A stretch of DNA of 64,000 nt from a virus (Duplodnaviria > Caudoviricetes), in the IMG/VR virus record IMGVR_UViG_3300031555_005762, positions 9,367 through 73,366 of that record; one strand, given 5' to 3'. The notes below the pieces were generated by a model, which was not told where the DNA came from, did no database searches, and saw only the letters and a list, made by a program, of their open reading frames with translations. Below are positions 36,525 through 45,916 of this stretch, one piece after another. The position numbers and the translations under genes were made by a program. Numbering within the stretch: the first letter of the stretch is position 1; every line of letters starts with the position of its first letter.

Positions 36525-36932
36525 TTATCGAGTTGCTCTGTGTTGTTCCTCTATAAGAACCTGTGTAGTGGATTTGCAGAAGAATTTGCATTTTGCATCA
36601 TATGCAGGTTTGGGAACTTCTGCCATTCGAGTATAATTCCGGTAAGTTTCCGGATACCTCTTTCGTGATTCTGCCGTGGCAGCGTTCTGTTCTGCTGTAA
36701 TGCGGCGAAATTCGCGGTTCAAGTCTTTCGTAAAGGAAGAATTTTCTTCAAATTTTTCCCATTTTCCGCCTATAAGTTTGAAGACGCGCGTGGTGTCCAT
36801 TGCCGGGCTTTTGTACCCGGTAGAAATAAACGGGTATTTTTTACAAAATCCATAGAAACAGCCCGTTGGTACGGTTATACCGTAAAATCTGACTGTCTCC
36901 ATTTGATCGGCGTACTTTATATATCCTTGCAT
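36525..36932 (-). CDS. Hypothetical early protein
   Basis: GGAAGGGA RBS, MQGYIKY start. Confidence 0.65.
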   Translation of the reverse strand: MQGYIKYADQMETVRFYGITVPTGCFYGFCKKYPFISTGYKSPAMDTTRVFKLIGGKWEKFEENSSFTKDLNREFRRITAEQNAATAESRKRYPETYRNYTRMAEVPKPAYDAKCKFFCKSTTQVLIEEQHRATR

Positions 36933-36983
36933 AGTATTTCCCTTCCTGGTGTGGCGGCACTGAACAAATGTTTTTTTAGTGGG

Positions 36984-37013
36984 CAAAAAGAAAAACGCCC
37001 TTTTGGGCGTTCT
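36984..37013 (-). terminator. Intrinsic terminator
   Basis: AACGCCC-AAAA-GGGCGTT then TTTCTTTTT. Confidence 0.8.
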
Positions 37014-37015
37014 CT

Positions 37016-37681
37016 TTATGCGGCTTTTTCTGCCTTTGCATTTTCCGCGGCTACAATCGCGGCGGCTTCAGATGTGGCGCTGTTTTCAGCTTCCTTTTTC
37101 TTTGCGGCGGCTTCCTGTTTTGCTTTTTGGGCGGCTTTCTGTGCTTCCTTGCGTGCGGCTTTTGCGGCGGCTTTTTCGGCGGCGTATTGTTCTGCGGTCT
37201 TGCCAACTTTCCCCATCTGTCTATCATACAGATAACGTTCAACTTCCCGCCGTGCCGTTTGTTCCCCCTTGATGCAATCGAAAACATCAACAGCATTTCC
37301 GTTTTCGTCTTTTTCCGCCTTTGTTGCGGTCAAACGGATTGCAAGCAATTCCGGCTCGTTCTCCCCGTTCGGGAAGGTGAAGCCGGCAAAACTGCGGATA
37401 TCTGCAAGCGCAGAATAAATACCGGAAACAGCGGCTTTTTTTGCGGCGGCGGCGTCTTCTTGCAAAATTTTTTCGCCCATAATGGCGGCGTTGCTATCTG
37501 CCTGCATTGCAGATACATAACCGGAAACGGCGGAAACCAGTGCGGAAACGTACGCTTTCCATGCGGTCATAGTTGCGGAGTCCATTCCGGTTGCTTTTGC
37601 GTTGATAGCCTTACGCATGGGTGCGGCGGCGATGATTGCAGCCAGTACAGAAGTGTTTCTAACGATGGTCTTGTTTTCCAT
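37016..37681 (-). CDS. First gene of the left arm; Ala/Lys-rich protein
   Basis: GGAG RBS; C-terminal AAKA/KAAQK repeats. Confidence 0.75.
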   Translation of the reverse strand: MENKTIVRNTSVLAAIIAAAPMRKAINAKATGMDSATMTAWKAYVSALVSAVSGYVSAMQADSNAAIMGEKILQEDAAAAKKAAVSGIYSALADIRSFAGFTFPNGENEPELLAIRLTATKAEKDENGNAVDVFDCIKGEQTARREVERYLYDRQMGKVGKTAEQYAAEKAAAKAARKEAQKAAQKAKQEAAAKKKEAENSATSEAAAIVAAENAKAEKAA

Positions 37682-37730
37682 GGTAAATTCTCCATTTCTA
37701 AAATATAAAATATATGCTTTACGCATTCCC

Positions 37731-37755
37731 CCCGGTACAATAAACTTGTACCGGG
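37731..37755. other. Perfect 10-bp hairpin in the leader of the first left-arm gene
   Basis: CCCGGTACAA-TAAAC-TTGTACCGGG. Confidence 0.75.
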
Positions 37756-38003
37756 TAGAACGTGCAATGCACGTATTTTATGTACGGTTTGCGGCTGTCA
37801 TTCTTGCGGCGTGTTACCTATCGGGCACGTCCCTGCCGTGTGTGTGCGGCGGTACTGACAGCAATTAGTATACAGTTGTCAACGAACGCTCACGTTCTAC
37901 AATGTTACAACGCAAGTTAATGCTACATTGATAGAGCTTTGTCGGATGGGCGGCGTCTGCGGCGGCGTGTCGGCTTTATCCGGTACAGGCGGCAGCAGTC
38001 GGA

Positions 38004-38057
38004 ACATGGTAGTACCATGTACGATTGTATTATAACACATGGTAATACCATTGTCAA
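38004..38057 (-). promoter_or_regulatory. Main leftward sigma-A promoter with two palindromic operators
   Basis: TTGACA-N17-TATAAT (38057-38029); ATGGTA-A-TACCAT in the spacer (38039-38051) and ACATGGTA-G-TACCATGT (38004-38020). Confidence 0.9.
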
Positions 38058-38059
38058 TA

Positions 38060-39225
38060 GGTTTTTGAAAATTTTTTTTAGATTTTTTTGGCGACCTGTA
38101 CCCTTCCCCATGAGATACCCTGACACGCTGCCGACACTGCTATATACTTTTGTTTATAGTCTGCCTGGCTGTAATCCTATCAAACATCCCCTGACCATGT
38201 CACACGGACAGAAGACGAACAATTGTTCTATTCTGCGGTCAGACTGGACCATTACTATATACATATGTCTATAGGTTGTTTTCTGTATATAATAATGAAG
38301 GAAACTATACAGCAGGATAGATATATACTATTGTATACAGTCTACCCGTCCGGGGGAATCCGCCTGTATACTCCTGTATATAGTACAGCCATACTGTAAA
38401 TCCTATTGGAATTGTAGGTATTGTATATTTCCTATTGGTGCAGTAGGAGAAAAGAGGATTGGTTAATTCATAGGGGAATGATAGGGATCGATGTACAAAT
38501 GGAGAGAAAAGTGTGAGACAATTGTAAGCGGTCTATAGAAATAGACCACTTTTCGACGTATGCAAAATATCCGAAAATAGTTTACCGCTAAACTGTTATC
38601 CCCAATAAAATATTTCCGTCAATTGCAACAAATTCTGGTTTATCCGGTAATAACTCATTTATGACTTTTGACTTTATGTAGATAGAACCGTTTCAAACAG
38701 CCTGTAAAGCCCCACGGGGGAGGATAACATAAAACACTGTCCAATATATCCCCGTCCCTCTGGTTAGCTGTTCCCTCTCGATCTTCCTACCCTTTAAAAC
38801 TTTTCCATCCTACACTCTTCCACCCTCTCCTAAACCAGTATTTCGGCTATATTCTAATTTAGGATGTATAAAACCTATGTATAATTAAAATCCTGTAAAA
38901 GAAAAATATTTAATTAGATATATATCTAAAAATATAGAAATACTTTGATTCTGTAGAGGAAACTATAGTTTTTCATGGCCCGGGGAGGGCCTTTACATAA
39001 GAATGAATAAGGACTACTTCCCTTCTGTTGGACGGCTTACAGTTACAGAAAATCAATACTGATCTTTATTTTTGTACAGGAAGCTGACAGAACTGGAGTG
39101 TAACTATCCTGTAAAAAGAAAAAGAGCCCCCACCGGGCTCAAATAGTAGTATAGGCAGCTGACAGACCGTTTGTTCTACTTCACTTAAAGTATTTACAAT
39201 TAGTTCATAAATAAGCGGTTATCAG
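38060..39225. other. ORF-free divergent region with iterated CTGTA/TACAG words; candidate origin, pac or genome end
   Basis: No credible CDS; about 16 CTGTA/TACAG in 38096-39113; inverted repeats; purine- and pyrimidine-skewed patches. Confidence 0.55.
39112..39140 (-). terminator. Intrinsic terminator on the minus strand
   Basis: GAGCCC-GGTGG-GGGCTC then TTTTTCTTTTT. Confidence 0.7.
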
Positions 39226-39228
39226 CTA

Positions 39229-39291
39229 TTGCAAAACCAAAAGAACTGTGGTATAATACAATCACAGCAAACAGCAAAGAAGTAGTTACCA
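39229..39291 (+). promoter_or_regulatory. Main rightward sigma-A promoter followed by a motif copy
   Basis: TTGCAA-N17-TATAAT; ACAGCAAAGAAGTAGTTACCA at 39271-39291. Confidence 0.8.
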
Positions 39292-39647
39292 ATGTTTTAT
39301 TGTCCAATCTTTTGCACAGGAACTCTTCCGGAGAGCTGCGAAGCTGCTCGGAGGAATTCAATAAAATAAGGGTACCTTATTATCGTTTCTCTTTTAAGGC
39401 TTCGGGTTTTTCGACCCCTCGTTTGGATAGAGGGAATCTACCTATTCTTCGGGTGCCAATTTTCATTTTACACCAACTTCTGGCGTAGAATTGGAGCTGG
39501 TTGTCATCTTTGGGGAGATTCCGATTGACAGTTCGGTCAGGTATACTCTGACTAAAGTGCCAATCCAAAGATTCCTTCTACAGACACTAAATTTTACACC
39601 AGGTCGGCAGATTTTACACCAGTAGATTTCAACAACAGGAGGTACAT

Positions 39648-40907
39648 ATGACACAACCAGAGGTTCTGGTATGCGACGTCATGATGGGCGGCGGCAAAAC
39701 GTCAGCGGCCATAGAATACATGAAGGAGGTGGTCAACCACGAGCGGATAGTATACGCCACTCCGTTACTGGATGAAGGAGACCGGATTGTCAGCGGCAGC
39801 CCAGTTAGTAAGTTCATTACGCCGACGGATGAAATACATTCCGCCAAACATGTTCACCTTGCTTATCTCTTATCCGAGAAGAAAAACGTAGCGATCAGCC
39901 ACAAGCTTTTTGATTACTTTACCCCGGATATAGATCGTCGTGTACAGGAAGGTGAGTATACCCTACTTATAGATGAGGCTATGAATGGACTGGTAGAAGT
40001 CAGGAACGTCCACAACGATTATGACGCATCTGACCTACAGGAGGCAGAACGGATAGGTTATCTGACCCGCCGTGAGGACGGAACTACGGCGTGGGCAGAT
40101 GACAAGTATGTTGGATCATACTATTCAAATCTGCGGCAGGCATGTGATACCGGTAAGCTTGACATGGAAGACGGTACCTACATATATGAGTATGACCCGG
40201 CACACTTCTTATCCTTTCGCAAGATCATCATCATGACGTATATGTTTGAGTTTCAGCCGATGAGATACTACTTCGATATGAACAACATCAATTATACTTA
40301 CATCGGTGTGAAGAATGATAACGGAAAGTATCGATTCTGTAACTCTTTCGTAAACATTCCAAGTGCGTCAAATTTGCGCGACCGTATAACGATTGAAAAA
40401 GGCAAGATCAACAATATCGGTATGGAACCGAGTGCATTATCCTATAGCTGGTGTGAGAAAAATAGGAATGACGAAGAGGTGATGAAGCAGCTCTATAGAA
40501 ACATTTACAATTTTCACCGAAATCGATGTAATGCCGGTGCCGACCAAATGATTTGGACTTCGTACAAGTTGCTGAAAGAACAGCTCGAAAACAGGCACTA
40601 CAGGGATGGGTTCGTTCCGTGTACAGCAAAAGCTACGAATAAGTATATTAAGTATCCGTATGCGGCATATTGCGTGAATCGGTATATGAATCCCGTGCTG
40701 TTAAACTACTATACCTCACGCGGTTGTGAAGTGAATGCCGACGGATACGCCTTATCCGAGATGGTGCAGTGGGTCTGGCGGTCGGCTATTCGAGACGGAG
40801 AGAGCAGCATCCGGCTGTATGTGCCGTCGAGCAGAATGCGAAGACTGTTTACAGGATGGCTTGAAGATTTAGCAGCCGGTGGTCACGGCGGAGAATGTTG
40901 TAAATAA
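39648..40907 (+). CDS. YonV-like SF2 helicase-type P-loop protein
   Basis: DVMMGGGKTS Walker A, LLIDEA Walker B, MVQWVWRSAIRDG motif VI; AGGAGG RBS. Confidence 0.75.
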   Translation: MTQPEVLVCDVMMGGGKTSAAIEYMKEVVNHERIVYATPLLDEGDRIVSGSPVSKFITPTDEIHSAKHVHLAYLLSEKKNVAISHKLFDYFTPDIDRRVQEGEYTLLIDEAMNGLVEVRNVHNDYDASDLQEAERIGYLTRREDGTTAWADDKYVGSYYSNLRQACDTGKLDMEDGTYIYEYDPAHFLSFRKIIIMTYMFEFQPMRYYFDMNNINYTYIGVKNDNGKYRFCNSFVNIPSASNLRDRITIEKGKINNIGMEPSALSYSWCEKNRNDEEVMKQLYRNIYNFHRNRCNAGADQMIWTSYKLLKEQLENRHYRDGFVPCTAKATNKYIKYPYAAYCVNRYMNPVLLNYYTSRGCEVNADGYALSEMVQWVWRSAIRDGESSIRLYVPSSRMRRLFTGWLEDLAAGGHGGECCK

Positions 40908-40914
40908 GGAGTAT

Positions 40915-41907
40915 ATGATGAACAAAATTACATTGCATCTCACAGAAGAGGAAAGCAGGATTTATGGTTATGGTCTCGTTCCATACAGGGAAATGATTCA
41001 TCCAAGCGGAGAATTTCTTCTGGATCCGCCGGAACAATGGACTCTTAGAGGGCAGCTTATAGAACAGTATGAAGCTAAGATCTGCTGGGAGACGCTGGAC
41101 AGTCTGCTGACAGACGATTCATATCGGTTCGACGGAACGGATCTGGTTATTGATCCGATAGTAGCATTGTTCATGTTGCTGAAGCTGTTTGATGCTTATT
41201 ACACAATGGCATTTACATACGACGTAAAGCAAGTGCAGAAGGAAACCCGAGCAGATTTGAAAAAGAACTATGAGTCAAATGACCCTAATGCGGACTGGTA
41301 TTTAGAAAGAGCTATGAGTTCCAGGACTTCCTTGCAGGACTATGCTTGTGTGTTGTATGACAGATTAAGCAATGGGTATCATGCCGTACTGCGTGGTGCC
41401 GTTGAAGAGATCGATGAGTATGCTTTAGGAAAGGCCATATTCTCTACGCCAGAAGAATTAAGCGTAGAAGCACCTCTGTATGAGTTTAGAGAAGTTCATG
41501 CACTTATATATGAGTTAAATCCAGTGATGCGCCTATTAGATAAATTTATTCATGACGATTTATCTATCGATGGTGCGGTAGAGGAAGGAACTCTTACGTA
41601 CTTGTATCTAGCAACAAAGTGGGAACTCATGGATAAATACCTGGAACATATTCTGGATTGTAGAGAAGCGGTTGATGTCATGACTCACTTCTACTTTACA
41701 AAAGAATCCCGTCGGATGGAGTATGGCGATCTTTACGCTGATCCTATTGAATTTCAGGCAGAATGGGAAGATTATCGCCGGCGGCTGGAGGAAATGATGG
41801 ATGATGTAAAGCCGATGCGATTGGAATACGAGAAGCAGGTTCTGGATTCTATATACGACAAGTTGGCTGCAGCGATCGATGATGCGCTTGGAGAATCACA
41901 TTCATGA
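40915..41907 (+). CDS. Hypothetical acidic protein
   Basis: AAGGAG RBS; about 330 aa. Confidence 0.75.
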   Translation: MMNKITLHLTEEESRIYGYGLVPYREMIHPSGEFLLDPPEQWTLRGQLIEQYEAKICWETLDSLLTDDSYRFDGTDLVIDPIVALFMLLKLFDAYYTMAFTYDVKQVQKETRADLKKNYESNDPNADWYLERAMSSRTSLQDYACVLYDRLSNGYHAVLRGAVEEIDEYALGKAIFSTPEELSVEAPLYEFREVHALIYELNPVMRLLDKFIHDDLSIDGAVEEGTLTYLYLATKWELMDKYLEHILDCREAVDVMTHFYFTKESRRMEYGDLYADPIEFQAEWEDYRRRLEEMMDDVKPMRLEYEKQVLDSIYDKLAAAIDDALGESHS

Positions 41908-41962
41908 AGGGTATCGGTCTTCCGGACTGATTTATCCTATATATAAGAAAGAAAGGGACAAT

Positions 41963-42706
41963 ATGGAAACTATTGTAGTAAACATCTTTGGTGTCCCCGG
42001 GGCTGGTAAATCCACCGGGGCTGCCTATGTATTCGCTGCACTGAAGATGCAGGGAGTCAATGCCGAACTGGTGACGGAGTATGCGAAGGACAAGGTTTGG
42101 GAAGAAAACAATGAAGCTTTTAAGAATCAGGCGTTTCTGTTCGGAAAGCAGTCATATCGTATGAGCCGGTGCGCCGGTAAGGTAGATGTGATTGTAACGG
42201 ACTCGCCGCTGCCGCTGAGTATCCTGTACAACAATGATCCGCGACTGACGGAGAATTTTAACCGGTCGGTCATGGATGTGTTTAACTCTTACCGGAATAT
42301 GAATTTCTTCCTGAACAGAACGAAACCGTATAATCCTGCCGGGCGGCTGCAGACAGAAGAGGAGTCTGATGCTCTGGCTGAACCGTTACAGAATCTTCTG
42401 AGTAACCGGGGAATACTTTACAAAGAAGCTCCTGGTGACAAGCAAGGGTATGACTGGATCGTACAGGAAGTGATTGAGGCTATGAAGCCTGTTGTAAAGA
42501 TGCCGGAGATCTCGGCGGAAGATGTTCTGTATTTACGTGGCAAGATCTGCCAAGCGATGGATTGTGACTCTTGTCCTCTTGAGGAAGGAATGGATTGTGA
42601 TGACGTTCTGGTAAATGAACCTCCTATGGCGGTACAAAGACTTGTGCGTTGGGGGCTTGATCGTGGAATTCTGCAAGAGTGCGATGGCAAGGTGTTCAGA
42701 TTATGA
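41963..42706 (+). CDS. AAA/NadR-like P-loop kinase/ATPase
   Basis: FGVPGAGKST, ELVTEYAKD, VTDSPL, Y.P.GR.Q. Confidence 0.85.
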   Translation: METIVVNIFGVPGAGKSTGAAYVFAALKMQGVNAELVTEYAKDKVWEENNEAFKNQAFLFGKQSYRMSRCAGKVDVIVTDSPLPLSILYNNDPRLTENFNRSVMDVFNSYRNMNFFLNRTKPYNPAGRLQTEEESDALAEPLQNLLSNRGILYKEAPGDKQGYDWIVQEVIEAMKPVVKMPEISAEDVLYLRGKICQAMDCDSCPLEEGMDCDDVLVNEPPMAVQRLVRWGLDRGILQECDGKVFRL

Positions 42707-42906
42707 GAGCTAAAAATATAACGTGGGATCATGTTACCAAAGAATATGTCGGCCTGCCGTTGTTCCAAAGATGGTGTAATTTGAACTCCTGCTGTGAGGA
42801 ATGCGATGCTAAGGTTCGGTTCTGGTGCAGAGTGAAGAGCAAGATAACGGAACATCAGGAAAAGCTGATCCGGCGGATTTTAAACAAACGGGCTATTAAG
42901 AAATGA
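42703..42906 (+). CDS. Hypothetical protein
   Basis: ATGA-coupled, Cys-rich. Confidence 0.6.
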   Translation: MRAKNITWDHVTKEYVGLPLFQRWCNLNSCCEECDAKVRFWCRVKSKITEHQEKLIRRILNKRAIKK

Positions 42907-42915
42907 GGGACTGCA

Positions 42916-43149
42916 ATGACAAAGAAAGAATACATATTGATGATGACAGAAGATGGCACTGTCGGCGGGAGAGATATTGCTACCCGGCGGGTACAGTGTG
43001 ACTTTTTACCTCTCGTTGGAGAAAAGATAAAGGTAACCAAAGGGAGTGTGGTCTGTGTCGGAGAGGTGACGAGAATTGTTCATTCTATTGATGAAGACAA
43101 CATTGCCGACGTTTTTGTAATCTGTAAATTTGTTGGAACGAGGTTATAA
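42916..43149 (+). CDS. Hypothetical protein
   Basis: 77 aa, GAGG RBS. Confidence 0.65.
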   Translation: MTKKEYILMMTEDGTVGGRDIATRRVQCDFLPLVGEKIKVTKGSVVCVGEVTRIVHSIDEDNIADVFVICKFVGTRL

Positions 43150-43150
43150 T

Positions 43151-43540
43151 ATGAAGAGCGAAGGAATCAAGAAAGGTTTTGTACCGGAACATAAAGAAGC
43201 GAGTAGTTTCGGGGAATATATGTGTGACTTCTGGAATACAGAGCTTGGCTGCGGTAAAATCTATAACGGAACTGTTGAAGAAGCCAGCTATTCTCTGCCA
43301 GGAAGGGTTGTACATATCTGGATTTATGGAGACAGTTTGTCTATTACCCGTCTGATGGGGGATGGGTATTACATGGAATGGGTCAATGATGACGAGATGG
43401 CTCTGGAAAATACAGAATGGATGAAGACACTTGATCTGATGCAGGTGCTGCGGTCATTCCCTGCTGATCCGTTTTCCGACATGGTCAAAAAGAAAACGGC
43501 AAAGATCCTGATTGCCGCCGGTGTTTTAAATGAGTGTTGA
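43151..43540 (+). CDS. Hypothetical protein
   Basis: GAGG RBS. Confidence 0.7.
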   Translation: MKSEGIKKGFVPEHKEASSFGEYMCDFWNTELGCGKIYNGTVEEASYSLPGRVVHIWIYGDSLSITRLMGDGYYMEWVNDDEMALENTEWMKTLDLMQVLRSFPADPFSDMVKKKTAKILIAAGVLNEC

Positions 43541-44249
43541 CAAAGCGATTCAGAAGTTCGGGAAGATCCGGGATGCTTTTGACCGGACGGTGAAGGTATT
43601 GGAGCTGCTCCGGGCAGCAGACTATCTGTACGAAAAAGACAAAGATTTTCTTGACAAAAAGCTGGATGATCTGAAGGTACGGGCGGAAGAAATTCGTATA
43701 GAAGAACTGAAAAAACCGCAATATACTCCGCCGCCAACGAAGCTCAGCAGTGATAAAGCTGATAATCTTGCTTTCGGTGCTGCTTTGGACGACAGTCGGG
43801 ATGAGCTTCGTAAGGGTATAGAATCTATGTACCGTAGCTCCCCAGGGCTTACGGTTGCCCTTAAGTCCGTATTGTCTGAATTGGATTCGGTCTCCAGTCA
43901 CGTTACAGATGCACGGATATATGCGAATGATGGAATGTGTCTTCATGCAGAGGGGCTGAATCCGCTGAGGGAGGTAAAGACTGCGGAACCGGCTACATCT
44001 TCTTCTCATGATTTTCTCGGCGATTATTGGTGGTATGACTTAAAACCCGGAGATATCGTTCATTGCGTGGACGAGCAGCGTAATTATCACACATTGTCTG
44101 TTATCAGAAATGATAGGGATGAGATGTGTTTGAGAGATCATTATAGCGGAATATCTTCATTGTGGAGAGTCGGAGCTATAATGTCGTATCTCGCACCGAA
44201 GAGAGAAATGCTGAAAGACAAACATCCTGTCGATATGAGATTTTTGTAA
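43530..44249 (+). CDS. Hypothetical protein
   Basis: 239 aa, overlapping start. Confidence 0.7.
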   Translation: MSVDKAIQKFGKIRDAFDRTVKVLELLRAADYLYEKDKDFLDKKLDDLKVRAEEIRIEELKKPQYTPPPTKLSSDKADNLAFGAALDDSRDELRKGIESMYRSSPGLTVALKSVLSELDSVSSHVTDARIYANDGMCLHAEGLNPLREVKTAEPATSSSHDFLGDYWWYDLKPGDIVHCVDEQRNYHTLSVIRNDRDEMCLRDHYSGISSLWRVGAIMSYLAPKREMLKDKHPVDMRFL

Positions 44250-44253
44250 GGAA

Positions 44254-44766
44254 GTGGTTGAAATGAATCTGGATAAGATTGCTTTTGTACTGGAAAACTG
44301 TGACGTTATTGAAATTCCCGGCAAGTATGTTGGGGAGTGCTGGGCGGAAATTACGAAGACAAGAATAGGACGGATAGCCAGTAATGCATATGGCGAAGAA
44401 CAGATCTGTGAATCATTTGTTCTTGAGCTTTATCGCGGCGCTGAACGGGTACGACATCCATTCGACGATCCGAGCATTTTAAAGACGCATACTGTATTTG
44501 AGCGTTTATCTTTCGGCGACATCACATCTATTTGCATGACTGTAGACGGTGTAGAAAAACGATTCACTGTTCCTTGGCGTTCTGATGACGGTGTAGAGAA
44601 TCGATATCAAACATCCAAGGTTGGTAAAAGCGGTCATCTTTACATAACGATTTCCGAGAAGTCGATTTTTGACGAAGTTTTCCCGACGGATATTATTGAT
44701 GATCTTGCAGCTAATGATCTTTTGATGCGGCTGTATGGCAGAGGCAAGGAATTTCAGGAGGATTAA
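44254..44766 (+). CDS. Hypothetical protein
   Basis: 170 aa; FVLENC..I.I pattern of SPbeta-like phage proteins. Confidence 0.7.
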   Translation: MVEMNLDKIAFVLENCDVIEIPGKYVGECWAEITKTRIGRIASNAYGEEQICESFVLELYRGAERVRHPFDDPSILKTHTVFERLSFGDITSICMTVDGVEKRFTVPWRSDDGVENRYQTSKVGKSGHLYITISEKSIFDEVFPTDIIDDLAANDLLMRLYGRGKEFQED

Positions 44767-45137
44767 TGGGCGACAAGAATTTTGAAGTGCAGTTTGTCAG
44801 TGGACTTACTGCCTATAACGAAGCTACCGGAGAAGAGGTGTTTCATATTCCCGGGGAGATATCACTGTCGGATGTTTATGTGGAGGATCCGGTGCCGAAG
44901 GAAGTTATTCGGTTTGAGCCACACGTAGAGATTTCCTTTACGGGAACCATGAAATGGTATCCAAAGGGGCTGTGTAAATCTGGTGCCTTTAAGGATGTCG
45001 CAATCAGCATGGTACAGGCTTATCTGCAGAATGGCGGGTCCCGGCGGGTTGCTCATCTCGCGCTATATGCCAGACGGTATCATGACCGTGTGAAGAATCT
45101 GACACGGGTTTATCGGTGCAATATGGGCGAAATTTAA
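44766..45137 (+). CDS. Hypothetical protein
   Basis: 123 aa, AGGAGG RBS. Confidence 0.7.
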   Translation: MGDKNFEVQFVSGLTAYNEATGEEVFHIPGEISLSDVYVEDPVPKEVIRFEPHVEISFTGTMKWYPKGLCKSGAFKDVAISMVQAYLQNGGSRRVAHLALYARRYHDRVKNLTRVYRCNMGEI

Positions 45138-45206
45138 CGCTGAACCGGCGTAGGTTTTATTTTTTGCGCCTGTTTGTAAATTACAAAAGTAGAAAGTGGT
45201 GATTTT

Positions 45207-45440
45207 TTGGTGTACTTATATCGTGATAACGAAGATGACGATCTTTTGGTGTCACAAAGCCGAGAATATGAATGGGAAGAAGAACTCCCTGAAGGTGTGT
45301 TCTCATATAGCTTTCTCGGAGAATTTAGTTCTCGTGACGAACTGTCGGAATTCTTGGAGTGTCTGCGAGGGGTCATTCCTGATAGACGTATCGATGCTGC
45401 CATGATGATTGCAGATTATATGAATGCCTGGGAGGTTTGA
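45207..45440 (+). CDS. Hypothetical protein
   Basis: 77 aa acidic ORF. Confidence 0.6.
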   Translation: MVYLYRDNEDDDLLVSQSREYEWEEELPEGVFSYSFLGEFSSRDELSEFLECLRGVIPDRRIDAAMMIADYMNAWEV

Positions 45441-45916
45441 TGGATACAAGAAAAATCGAAGCGGATCTGGCCGACCTGTATAAATACAAGAACCTGCCGG
45501 ATTATCTGTCGCAGTTTTACAGAGAGCTGTATAGGAAAAACATACCTCATTTCCTCGTTTCAAGAGACGGCCCTATTTATCTGCATACATCACGCGGCAC
45601 GATATTCTCTGAGGATTTCGATAGGATTGTTGTAGGAGACTATGGAGCGTTCATTGAGTTCTCTGCTCCGGCGGAACCAGATCTGTTCATTACACAGCCC
45701 GGGCAAGAATACAGAGAGAAGGAACCGTACAGGAAGAATGTCAAGTATCTCTGGCTGACCGTAGACGACGGCAGCGGGATCAAGATTTACAAGCAGCTTC
45801 GCGGCGTGACATATGCGGATTATGTACCGGGAAAATATTATGTTAGCGTTCATGAGGTTCTTGGAACAAACATCAAGGAGGGTATAAATGATTCAGATTC
45901 GAAGAGGAGTCTTTGA
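45437..45916 (+). CDS. Conserved phage hypothetical protein
   Basis: RIVVGDYGAFIEF..KYLWL..IYKQ...V.YADY.PGKYY. Confidence 0.75.
   Translation: MMDTRKIEADLADLYKYKNLPDYLSQFYRELYRKNIPHFLVSRDGPIYLHTSRGTIFSEDFDRIVVGDYGAFIEFSAPAEPDLFITQPGQEYREKEPYRKNVKYLWLTVDDGSGIKIYKQLRGVTYADYVPGKYYVSVHEVLGTNIKEGINDSDSKRSL

Noticed and set aside
823-37708. Long plus-strand ORFs in the left arm (e.g. 4437-5870, 7327-8706, 26755-28128) and minus-strand ORFs in the right arm (e.g. 51423-52481, 62054-63043)
   Set aside because: Antisense shadows of real genes: no RBS and no protein motifs
39465-39622. DnaA boxes
   Set aside because: TTTTACACC is only an 8/9 match with the same mismatch in all copies; better treated as a phage-specific repeat
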